Shown piece by piece: positions 1 through 14,594 of a stretch of 64,000 nucleotides of DNA. The stretch is from NCBI GenBank assembly GCA_964016885.1, contig OZ024741.1, positions 186,620,001-186,684,000 on the forward strand. Direction: 5' to 3'. The DNA comes from Eledone cirrhosa (Eukaryota). The notes below the pieces were generated by a model. The model was not told the DNA's origin. It ran no database searches and saw only the letters and a program-made list of their open reading frames with translations. Each line of letters starts with the position of its first letter. Position 1 is the stretch's first letter. The translations under genes and the position numbers were made by a program.

Positions 1-7
1 TATATAT

Positions 8-193
8 AATTGTTTCTACTTTTGGCACAAGGCCATCAATTCACCAGTACATTACTGGTACTTTATTTTATCGACCCCGTAAGGATGAAAGGCAAAGTTA
101 ACCTCGGCGGGATTTGAACTCAGATCGTAAAGAGACGTAACTCTTTGCGTTAAAGCGTGGCGTTCGACCCTCTACTGATACTGCCAATCCACC
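8..193 (-). mobile_element. tRNA-derived SINE (most abundant family in the window)
   Basis: The reverse strand reads TGGCAGTATCAGTAG (A-box-like) and GAGTTCAAATCCC (Pol III B box), followed by the conserved body ...AAAGTACCAGTAATGTACTGG...GGCCTTGTGCCAAAAGTAGAAACAATT. The same sequence recurs about 10 times in the window. Confidence 0.85.
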
Positions 194-774
194 AATGAGA
201 AGATATATATATCGTAAGAGAGGAGGAGAGAGAGATAGAAAGCTGTGATACAGTATACTAATGCCGATAGCCTAAGCTAGGTGAGCTCGATGCTTAGGTT
301 ATCAGTGTTAATTATTCAAGAGGAGTTAATATTTAATGAAGGCTTCAAGCAGAGCCGGTATAAGCAAAATAAATAAATGGTGGAGTTGCAGTTCGTTTAA
401 CACAAAATGTTACTTCTTACATGATGTTTCATCTACACCACAACAAGTAACTTATTTACGTACATTTAAGCCGTTACAGGTATGGCATAGGATCCTCGGA
501 AAAGATATAGTTGTTTACACAGATGCCAATCGAAGTTGGTCTAACCAGCCAAACTGGGTGAAAGTTCATTCAAAGAAGAGGTTAATCCAGATAGGAGTTC
601 AATTACAGTGGATGCAGTACATCGTAATATATTGTGAAACATCATGTAAGAAGTAAAATTTTGTTTTAAACGACCTGCAACTCCTCCATTTATTCATTTG
701 CTTATACCTGCTCTGGAGCATTAGCCAGAGTCGGTGATAGAATACGATCAAGTGAAGGTGCCATGAAGGTGCTC

Positions 775-1212
775 TGAGATTTCAAACAGACAAGAAACTA
801 GAACACGGTAGGCCTGACCTGGTGGTTTTTGACAAGGAAAAAAGATCGTGCCTGATTGTAGATGTAACCTGCCCCTTTGACATGAGAGTGAAAGAAAAGG
901 TAAAGGAGAAAATTAACCGATATCAGGATTTAAAGTGGGAATTAAAAAGGATTTAGGACTATCATGAGATCAAGGTCGTCCCGATTGTTATAGGAGCACC
1001 TGGTACTATCTCGAAAAGTTTTGAAGGATGGTTAAAGAAAATAGTCCAGCCCCCTTTTTGGGAACACTTCAAAAGGCATGCTTGCTGGGAACAGCAAGAA
1101 CCCTCCGATACGTCCTGTATATCTGAAGCTGCAGGTAGCAGCTTGATGTTCATTTAAATTTTTCAGTTAAATAACATTAAGGGCTGAGACTCCTAGAGAA
1201 GAAATAATAATA
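775..1212 (+). mobile_element. 3' fragment of R4/Dong-like (RLE-type) non-LTR retrotransposon
   Basis: Translates to ...FQTDKKLEHGRPDLVVFDKEKRSCLIVDVTCPFD..., homologous to the RLE domain of the ORF at 42763-44079. It has stops and frameshifts and ends in an AATAATAAT tail. Confidence 0.85.
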
Positions 1213-1425
1213 GTTTCTTATATAGGTACAAGGCAAGCAATTTTAAGGAGGGGAAAGTCGATTAAATCTACCTCCGTGCATTAATGATACTTTATTTTAT
1301 CGAGCCCGTAAGGATGCAAGGCAAAGTTCATCTTGGCGGGATTTGAACTCAGATCATGAAGGGATATAACTCTATGTTGCTAAGCATCGCGTCCGACCCT
1401 CTACCGATACTGCCAATCCACCGCC
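1213..1425 (-). mobile_element. tRNA-derived SINE
   Basis: Diverged copy of the SINE at 8-193 (GATTTGAACTCAG B-box complement, ACTTTATTTTATCGA core). Confidence 0.8.
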
Positions 1426-1574
1426 TTTAGCGAAAAAAAAATAACAATAATAAATTTTCATAATAAAATTATGAGCCTGCCATTGTTAAGGTTACTTAGG
1501 CACATTCAAAATATGTTGGGATTAACAAAACAAAATTGTAGAAAAATGAGAAGTGGGTCAAATGGGTTATATAA

Positions 1575-1682
1575 TAATTGTTTCTACTTTAGGCACAAGG
1601 CCAGCAATTACCCAGTGCATTACTGGTACTTTATTTCATCGACCCCGTAAGGATGAAAGGCAAAGTCAACCTCGGCAGGATT
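1575..1682 (-). mobile_element. 5'-truncated tRNA-derived SINE
   Basis: Matches the 3' half of the SINE at 8-193. Confidence 0.8.
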
Positions 1683-1702
1683 ATATAATAATGATACATT
1701 AC

Positions 1703-1915
1703 GTGCTGTGTTCTTGAGCAAAATACTTCATTTCACGTTGCTCCATATACTCAGCTGAAAGTTAGTACCAGCAATAGCTGGAAGTTTAACCCTGCGATGG
1801 ACTAGCGTCCTGTCCAGGGAGGAAGTCTTGTACTCTCAGTCGCTTCACGCCATGAAACCGGGATAAGCACCGGCCAAATGAGCCTTCTGGCTTAAGACAG
1901 ACTTTAGACTTTTAG
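1703..1915 (+). mobile_element. SINE fragment of a second family (V/Meta-domain-like core)
   Basis: GTTCTTGAGCAAAATACTT and CCTGCGATGGACTAGCGTCCTGTCCAGGG motifs typical of conserved-domain SINEs, plus a short (GACTTTA)n tail. Confidence 0.5.
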
Positions 1916-2459
1916 ATACATTATAAACATACACCAAAAAATTAGATAAAGTACATTGCTGATTACATAAAACAAATGTAAATTGTAAAAGTTATATTTG
2001 AAGAAAACAATAAAATCAAAATGAGAGACCACTGTCTAGTTGGGAGTAAAAAAACTCCATAAGTTTACTCGTGTGCGCTTATTGCATTAGAACCTGGGCA
2101 CAGAAAGCATGTTCTGCCTTGGACGCGACACAGATTAACATCTACTAGGAATGCTTGTTTCTTTGTTTGATAAGACCATTTGGAGGAGACCATTTGGAGG
2201 AAATACTTATTTATAGTTTCTCCACCGAGTTAATGCATCTCATGACACAACACCGACGTCATCTATTCAAATTATAAGATAACATCAAGTGCTGTCTGTG
2301 GTAAAATAGACAGACCGTTAGTCAATTAGGAAGATTATTTTATAATTAGTCTGTATTAGTCATAAATAGCTCTAATTAGATTTAGTTAGTTGAACAGTCA
2401 GCCAATTAGTTAATTTAAAATGGTTTTTTTTTTTTTTTTTCTAATCTAAATTTAATAAT

Positions 2460-2900
2460 AATTGTTTCTAACGTAAACACAAGACCAGAAATATTTTGGG
2501 AGTGTGTCGATTATGTTCATGCTAATAGCTGACTGGTTCTTTTTCTTATCTACTGCGGTAGGATGAAATACAAACTTGCCTTTGGTGGGATTTCAAATTA
2601 AGACGTAAAGAGCCGGAACAAATAACCTTAAGATATTTTGTCCGACGCTCTACCAATTCTGACAATCCACCACGCTTTTCTAAGTCTAATAATAGTTTCT
2701 GATTGAGGCACAAGGCCAACAATTTTGTTGAGGTTTTTTGGTGGGGGGGCCGATTAAATGGACCGCCATCTATTACTGGTACTTTAATTTATCGACCCCT
2801 TAAGGATGCTAATCCCAGCGGCATTTGAACTCAGAAAGTAAAAGGCCGTAACTCTATGCTGCAAAGCATAGAGTTATGATGCTCTAGCGAAATTGCCAAT
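2460..2900 (-). mobile_element. two diverged tRNA-derived SINE copies in tandem
   Basis: Two degenerate matches to the 8-193 SINE, at ~2460-2672 and ~2692-2900. Confidence 0.7.
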
Positions 2901-2924
2901 GCCCAAACCTTGGTTTAATATTAA

Positions 2925-3222
2925 CGTCCCTTTACGGTCTGAGTTCAAATCCCGTCGAGGTTAACTTTGCCTTTCATCCTTACGGGGTCGATAAAATAAA
3001 GTACCAGTAATGTACTGGGTATTTGCTGGCCTTATTCCAAAAGTAGAAACATTTAATAATTGTTTCTACTTTTTGGCACAAGGCCAGCAATTATCCCAGT
3101 ACATTACTGGTACTTTATTTTATCGACCCCGTAAGGATGAAAGGCAAAGTTAACCTCGACGGGATTTGAACTCAGAATGGCAAGGGCCGTAACTCTTTGC
3201 TGCGAAGCATGGCGTCCGAACC
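2925..3222. mobile_element. tail-to-tail inverted SINE pair (+ copy ~2925-3052, - copy ~3058-3222)
   Basis: GAGTTCAAATCCCGTCGAGGTTAAC...AGTAGAAAC is followed within a few bp by its near reverse complement. Confidence 0.85.
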
Positions 3223-3491
3223 ACAATTAATAATAAACACTTACTAATACATTCTCTGCAGATTTAATGCATATAATGACGTAACAATTACGTCATCCTT
3301 TCAAGTTTCAAGACATCAAGTCTAGTCTGTGGTTAAATAGATAGACTGTTAGTCAGATATGAACGTATGTATATATAGTTAGTATTAGTTAGTACTAGTT
3401 AGTTAATTAAATATAATATTGCATGTTTCATTCAAACTTATTTATAGTGCCAACGGGAGCATATATTTCATAATTAATATGTGATTTACGT

Positions 3492-3494
<3 letters not shown>

Positions 3495-3586
<92 letters not shown>

Positions 3587-4090
3587 CTATATCTCTCTCT
3601 CTCTCTCTCTTTCGCTCTCTCGCTCTCTCTCTTGCAATGACTTCTATCTATATTCTGATGGAAATGAATTAACAAACAGCAAATAAGACAATACTTATTT
3701 AAAGCCCATATGGAAGAAATGTATAGATCTCTATCAACACAACACATAAACAATACGTAAACATATACGAAAAGCAAGGTGGTAATGATGATGGTGATGG
3801 TGATGATGGTGGTGGTGGTGGTGGTGGTGATGGTGGTTTTGGTGGTAATAGTGGTAATGGTGGTGGTGGTGGTGGTGGTGGTTTTGGTGGTTTTGGTGGT
3901 AATAGTGGTAATGGTGGTGGTGGTGGTGGTGGTGGTTTTGGTGGTTTTGGTGGTAATGGTGGTAATGCTGGTGGTGGTAGTCGTCGTTGTCGTCGTGATG
4001 ATGAGTAGCGTGATGATGATGAGTAGCGAAACCAATGATGGTACTGGAAATAGGATTGATGAGAAATCTGTTTGTATGTATGTATGTATC
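3495..4090. repeat. microsatellites (CT)n, (GGT)n/(GAT)n, (TATG)n
   Basis: Simple repeats visible directly. The overlapping poly-Pro/His/Thr/Val ORFs are artefacts. Confidence 0.95.
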
Positions 4091-5100
4091 CCAGTTCAAC
4101 CTGTCCCCTGGTCGGGTCGTTGGCGACTAAACTGGCAACCCCACCAAGGTTTCTTAGTGAGGAGGGTGACTTTGGACATCCTGCAGGACTAAAAACAAAA
4201 CCTGTCAAAGGGCAAAGGATCTCTTAAGAGTCAATGGCCATCCAAAATCACCGGGAGAGATGACCCCTTAGCCTTTGTCAAGGCAGAATTCTAGGAGAAG
4301 AAAAACTCTGATATAACACCTGCAACCCTGATGGTATCCAATGATGTTGACTTGTTCTTCTTTTTGGTAAATATCATTTTGGTTAAGAGAGTGGGACTGG
4401 CTTTGTGCAGTGCCTTTGCCCACTATAAAAGCTTCACGGCACAGGCATTGCTTTATATCTGGAGATCTCTCTGCACTTGTCGTCACATGGTACCATGGGC
4501 CCAGCACTATGTGTCAATAATTGTCTCAAGTGTAGTGTTTGTACCAGAGTTTTCAAGTCGCTGGCTGGACTAAAAAGTCACACTCGTCAGCGCATCGGTA
4601 GGGGTTCTCCTACATGGATATAAAATAGTGGCCGTACTCGAAAACGAGTTGGCAGCCACCATGTATGTATGTATGTATGTATGTATATATGTATGTATGT
4701 ATATATGTATGTATGTAAGTCAGGTCACTTTCGAGTGCTACAGGTAACATCTAACCCAGTACAACCTGTCTCATGGTTGGGTCGTCGGTGACTAAACCGG
4801 CAACCGCACCAAGCTTGCTTGGTGAGGAGGGTGATATCTGGACACTCCTGAGGAATGAAATATAAGACACAGCAAAGGGTGGAGGAACTCAACAGAATCA
4901 ACGGCCATCCAAATAGTACTTTTTTTTCCATCTGAGAGTGAAAGGCCCCCAATTGTCACAAAACCTGTCTAGTAGGGGGAAACTCTGAAATAAAGTTGCA
5001 GCTTCGGAAACAGCCGATGATTTTGACCAGTTCTCCTTTTCGGGTAGTGTTTTCGATGCTCAGAGAGTGGGATTGGTCGAGTGCAAGGCGTTTCCCCACT
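4090..5100. mobile_element. fragments of an interspersed repeat, probably the 5' region of an RTE-like LINE
   Basis: CCAGTACAACC...GGGTCGTCGGTGACTAAAC...GGTGAGGAGGGTGA block at ~4090 and ~4750, again at ~12105. The RTE assignment is inferred. Confidence 0.55.
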
Positions 5101-5592
5101 TAAAAAAACGTTCAAAGCACAGACATTGCTTGTTCAGGATATGTTATATGTTTCTTTGCCTGGCCGTAGCCTAAAAGTGTAACATTTTCTGTAATTTGAC
5201 AAGCGATTGTAATATTCTTAGCAGAGTTTGCAGCCATCGTGTATGTATGTATATTTATATATATGTATATGTGTGTGTGTGTGGAAGGAGAGGAGAAAAG
5301 GAAAAGGATGATAATGATGATGATCACTATGGTTGTCGTGGTGGTTCTGATGATCATGATGAGAAGAAGAAGAAGAAGAAGAAGAAGAAGAAGAAGAAGA
5401 AGAAGAAGAAGAAGAAGAAACAACTAGAACGATGATAACGATGGTGACAAAGATGGTAAAATGATAGTGATAGTGATATTAAAGCTGATGATGGTTTCAG
5501 TGAATGATGATGATGATCATTATCATCATCATCAACATGGCAACGACAATTGCGATTATACCGATGATACCGATGACCATGAAGATTTACAA

Positions 5593-5755
5593 TAATTGTT
5601 TCTACTTTTGGCACAAGGCCAGCAATTACGCCAGTACATTACTGGTACTTTATTTTATCGACACCGTAAGGATGAAAGGCAAAGTTAACCTCGACGGGAT
5701 TTGAACTTAGAATGGCAAGGGCCATAACTCCATGCTGCAAAGCATGGCGTTCGAC
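5593..5755 (-). mobile_element. tRNA-derived SINE
   Basis: Near-identical to 8-193 and 3058-3222. Confidence 0.85.
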
Positions 5756-5859
5756 TGAAGATTTACAATAATGTTAATATGATAGTAATGATGATGGAGA
5801 AGCTGGCACTGACACCGATTGCGATGGCTCTAACGATTCCCACCCAACCTGGCTCTATA

Positions 5860-8405
<2,546 letters not shown>

Positions 8406-10249
8406 TGACCACAAACAATCAATTGTGTAACGGCTAAAATGAGCCTCCCGTCACCAACACCGCCACAAAATACAACTTAATGACTAAAGTGAATAATTCC
8501 TAATCAATAAAAAAATTATAAAATAGAAATGAAAACTATTATACAGATTGCTTAAAGAATATTTTTTTAACGAACAAATTTAAGAAATTAAATGAAATTC
8601 TGAAGAAGTACCAAAGTCTGTCCCCTTTATCATTAAAAATCCCTAATTGTGAAGAACATCCGTTAATTTCTGTCTAAAAGCTTTGGCGTCTCCATTAATT
8701 CAAATCTCACAGTTTCTGGTCCTTTCACTAACAGAAAATGGCGCTTATATTTCACTCATGTTTTGATTCTTTCTTTCTTTCGATATTTCTTTCGATACTT
8801 TCTTTCTGTCCCTTATTGTTGTTTTCTTCCTGTCTTCATTTCATTATCTTTTTATTATTTTTGTGAGTGTTTATTTTAACTTTTTGGAGGGGAAGGAGGG
8901 GATCTTAGTTACTTTTCCTTTCCTTCTACCTCTTTTCTCATTCCCTTGTTAATCTTTATTCTTTCATTTCTGTTTTCCTTCTTCCTCTCAATCATTTTAG
9001 ATAATTTTTATTCATTATTTATTTATTTTTACATTTTTTCTGACTTTCTTTCTCTGAATCTTCTTTCGTTCTTTTTATTATTTGACTTAACGTTTCTTTG
9101 GTTTTTTTTATAATTTTACTTTACTTTTTCTTTAATGCATTCATTCATTTATTCTTTCTTTTTCTTTCGAAACTTCTTCCTTTCTCTGTTACTCCTATTC
9201 TTACAGGACGTCATAGATCTTTTTTTTTTTACAGTACAGAATTTTGTTCTTATTTTATTTCTTTAAACACTTTCAATTTTTTTACCTTTCTTTCATTCAT
9301 ATTTACTTTACTTCTGTCTCTTCTTCCTTATACTTCTCTTCTTTTCTGTATGCTAACACCTTTCCGCCTTGACACATAAACAATAGAAGTAAATTATTCA
9401 GAAGTCTGTTAACAAATTAAACACTAGGGTCGCCTTAGGGTTTAAAACATCCTTTTTTTACATCCCTTCTCCGCAATCACCAGTACTCCCCCTCACGATA
9501 ACGAACCATTATTCTCTTCAAAATATTTCAACATTAACACACTTTCTGAGTCCACCAAAACAATAACAACAAAAATATAATTATATCCTCACGACCCTCA
9601 CCACCGCCAAAAAGAGAAAAGTAGCAGGAAAATTTCAAACACTCAAAAAAAAAGGAAACAACAATTAAAGAAACCAGCAACAACAACAAAAACAATTATT
9701 ATAATAATGTTAACAACAATGAATGACGCAATGAATGATATTTAATTTTATTTAAAAGTGAAGAGAAAATTACAAAATTAAATTTGATGGCTGGAAAGCA
9801 GAAACATTCCAGTGTCGAAAGATATAAGATGTGGTATTCAATCATACACCTTTGCTGCATTCTGAGTTCAACTTCTCAACAGGCCCACTTTATCTTTCAT
9901 TCATCCGAGGCCGATAACATTTTAGCTAAGTATCTTTAAAATGTGTCAGTGTATTGTTTCTCTTTATGCATGCCTCTGTTGTCTTATATGTATGGGTGAA
10001 TGTGAGCCCACGCCTTTGAAACTACGTCGTTTTTGCAGTAATGTATGCAAATATATTTTCTATTGATTTTAATAAAAAATATATATATACCTTCTTTTTG
10101 AGGTTTACAAGTCATATATGTAAGAGTACATGAAGTAAAACTGTTCTACAGTACAATGGACTGGTTTAGGTATATTTAAGTTACAGGCATATGAGTTAAT
10201 ACATATGAATTGAGAGTGTGTTGAGTTTGAAAACCAAAATCTCTGATTA

Positions 10250-11010
10250 CCGTGCAGCTGTCGTCTCAACATTACTATATGGTATGAGTATTGGAAACCA
10301 TATAAAGAAAAAACACCTATAGTTACATATGTCTTAGAAATATCTGTCGTTTTACATGGACGGACAAAGTCTCTAATGAACAGTTAATTCATAAATACGA
10401 TATATATAGTAAAGTATACATGCCGTCTTCATAAATTGTCAATTAATATGGATTGGCCATGGTGCTAGGATGATTGTTGAAAGAAAAATTGTCACATATG
10501 ACCAACATCATGCGGGAGTGCGAAACGTAGATGGATGTCTTCTTTGATACAGGGGCAAGCTGAAAATTAATATTGAGCAAATTGGAATAAAAACAACATA
10601 ATTTGAGGAATATGCTGCTGGCTATAACAGGAGGGAAATCTGTCAAAATCACATCAGTAGCCATGTCAATACAAGGATTGCCAGTGAAGATGATCTGTTC
10701 AACGTCTTCTCTAAAAACTTGTTGCTTTCATCAATCGAAGACAACGAGAGAGTCCATTATATAAAATCCCGGAGAGCTCAATTTGCTGGCCACTACAACC
10801 GTGCCAGCAATGAAATCATATCCGCTCTCTTGTTCTGGAACCCTGACTCCAGCCTGACTAGGAGTAGGAAGCTGTCATTCCCTAACGTTATCTCTAGAGA
10901 TACGGGAATCAGTAGACAGGACCTGGGGGCAGCGATGGGGGACAGGGAATTCTGGGGCATGAGAGTGAGATCCATCATCTCGACAGTAGTCGACGAGTGA
11001 TGATGATGAT
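10250..11010 (+). mobile_element. 3' fragment of RTE-clade LINE
   Basis: The C-terminal translation ...SRRAQFAGHYNRASNEIISALLFWNP...RKLSFPNVISRDTG...AMGDREFW resembles RTE ORF C-termini. It ends in a (GAT)n tail. Confidence 0.7.
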
Positions 11011-11120
11011 GTATGTATACATATATATGAGAGAGAGTCCATCATATATATATGTATGCAAATATATATATATATATATGGGAACTAATATAGACACCCG
11101 TTTACGTGTGTTGTATTGAA

Positions 11121-12061
<941 letters not shown>

Positions 12062-12074
12062 AGGTGTGTGTGTC

Positions 12075-12490
12075 AGGTGTGTCGAGTGCTACCGGTAACA
12101 TGTAACCCAGTACAACCTATGTCATGGTCGGTGACTAAACCGACAACCCCATTAAGCTTGCTTGGTGAGGAGGGTGATTATGGACACCCTGCGGGATGAA
12201 ATACAAGAACCGGTAAAGGGTGGAGGAACTCAGAAGATTCAACGGCCGTATAAATAGTAGGTATTTTTTTACCTGGGAGTGAAAGGTCCCCAGTTGTTGT
12301 CACAACACTTTTCTAGGAGAGGGAAACTCAGAAAAAAAAACCTGCGGCTTCGGAAGCATCCGATGATTTTGACCAGTTCTCCTTTTCGGGTAGTGTTTTC
12401 GATGCTCAGAGAGTGGGATTGGTTGAGTGCAAGGCCTTTCACATGAAGGCAACCGAGGTCCAGATGCGAGAGCCAAACTTAGGAATAAAT
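12075..12490 (+). mobile_element. RTE-like 5' region fragment (same family as 4718-5100)
   Basis: Colinear homology to 4730-5095, e.g. CCGATGATTTTGACCAGTTCTCCTTTTCGGGTAGTGTTTTCGATGCTCAGAGAGTGGGATTGG. Confidence 0.6.
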
Positions 12491-13238
12491 AATAATACCT
12501 ACCGCCAAAAACAGACTACAGTGAGATTTGAACTCAGAGTACAAATAGATGGAACAAATGCTGAAATGCATTTTACGAATAGGAAATGTGGTTGATCGAA
12601 AAAAACGTTTAAAAAAACCGACAGGAAAATATCTGTAGAATCAGGACTGATTGAATAATCAGAATAATAATCATTGCCACAACTTATCCCAGACAATACC
12701 AAATCTACAGGCACCAACGCGCTCACGAATGCAGTCATTAATTTGTAAACATGCAATAACACCACTTGACCAAGAAAAAGTGAACAGTTAATTTGAAGAA
12801 TTCTAAAGACACGAGTGGATAATTGTTTTTTTTAATTCATGAAATATACAATATGTATTCTTATTTCTTTGTCGGAAATAACAACAGCAGTTGAATTAGC
12901 AACAAATGTAGCTATAGCAATGACAGCAAAGATAAATAACATTTAAAATATGTATCAAAATCACATTAAAATGATGGAAGCCTAAAAAAGTAATCAGTAT
13001 CTGTAAATTATGTAATATTTAAGTTCAGTGACTGGAGATATTTCACTAACTAAATTATATCATTACAAGGAAGATAACCTACACTAAATATAAAGCGAGT
13101 GATATAATTTCTGTGGCTGTATAGATATAAAATGGAAAATAAAAATACATGTTTTACTTCGTAAGTGAGGTTGTGATTAAATTCCGTTTAAAAGGTTATA
13201 TAAAAAAAGAACGTTAAAGTTATGGAAGCATGACACAA

Positions 13239-13403
13239 TAATTGTTTCTACTTTTGGCACAAGGCCAGCAATTACCCAAGTGCATTATTGGTTCTTTATT
13301 TTATCGAAACCGTAAGGATGAAAGGCAAAGTTAACCTAGGTGGGATTTGAAATCGGAACGTAAAGGGCCATAACTCTATGCTGCCGATCCTGCCAATCCA
13401 CCA
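13239..13403 (-). mobile_element. tRNA-derived SINE
   Basis: Matches 8-193. Confidence 0.8.
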
Positions 13404-13804
13404 AACAATAATGAATATACAGCTATACGTTAATATTTATATTCAGTGACTTATTTCATTAAACAAAATGATATCAGTACAGTAAATATAGAACTTGTAT
13501 TATAAGTTAGTTGGCGATTATATTTACGTAATAAGTATCTAAACTATAATAAAGTAAGAAGCGCGGGACTGTGTACGGTTTATATTTTTTATCCCCTTAG
13601 TAAAATAAGTTGGATTACTTTGAATAAATAATGAATGAATATTACATAATTTATCCACTAAATTTCGTGGCTGTTCATTAAATATATTTTATTACTTATT
13701 TAAAGATTCAATTCTTTAAAAATTTCAAATGTCAACACTTCCGGTTAGTGATCGTTTAAATAAATATTCATATATTTCTGTCACTAATTTTCTCCTAATG
13801 CAAA

Positions 13805-14140
13805 TATATCATGGAATACGTTATTGATTACACAAGGCAGTGTAACACAATCTTCGTTCAATTTCTGTGTATATTGTCAATTACGATGTTATTTGATCAT
13901 ATCTACATGCATATATACTTGCGTATAATATCAATATACACACTACACATGCTCGCAGATATATAATATCGTCTTTTTTTAATGTATCATGGATTACGTT
14001 ACTGATTATATAAGAGAGTGTAACACAGTCTTCGTTCAATTTCTGTGTATATTGTCAATTACAATTTTACTTGATGTATCATATCTACATGCATATATAG
14101 TTGCGTATAATATCAATATACACACTACTCATGCTAGCAG
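13805..14140. repeat. local ~180-bp tandem duplication
   Basis: ATCATGGA.TACGTTA.TGATTA...GTGTAACACA.TCTTCGTTCAATTTCTGTGTATATTGTCAATTAC...CAATATACACACTAC occurs twice. Confidence 0.8.
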
Positions 14141-14594
14141 AAAACCACCCCAATGTGGTTTTTATGCTAGTTTAGATAATGAATATTACAAACACTTGAA
14201 ACGCAAAGGCTAATATTAACCACAAAATGTGCTGTAAATACCAATTGCATATAGATTCATTTACTCATATTGCAAGTCTCTCAGAATGGTATAACAATAT
14301 ACATTTGGGTACTCCTTATAGCCCGCAATTATATACTTCTAGTAGTAATATCTTATCCTCCGAATATTCCCGTAATCAACTTTTTAACAAAAAAAAAAGC
14401 CCCCAAAATGTATATGCTTCATAACTCCTATGGAATTCACCCAAACTATAAATATTGTAAGTTAAATAAAAATGGAGTCAAACTATCATACTCGACAACA
14501 CAAAACTTATAGAATTTTTGGCATTCAATAACCAGAGGTAATTTCTAAATATAAAGATGAACAAATAAATTCATAGACAATAACTTGCAAACCA

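Noticed and set aside
336-656. 106-aa ORF near the window start
   Set aside because: No recognisable motif. It lies between SINE and LINE fragments and is probably chance or decayed transposon sequence.
12499-12810. Possible host-gene exon on the - strand (open frame after TCTTTAG)
   Set aside because: No recognisable protein motif and no partner exons identified. It would need RNA-seq or a homology search.
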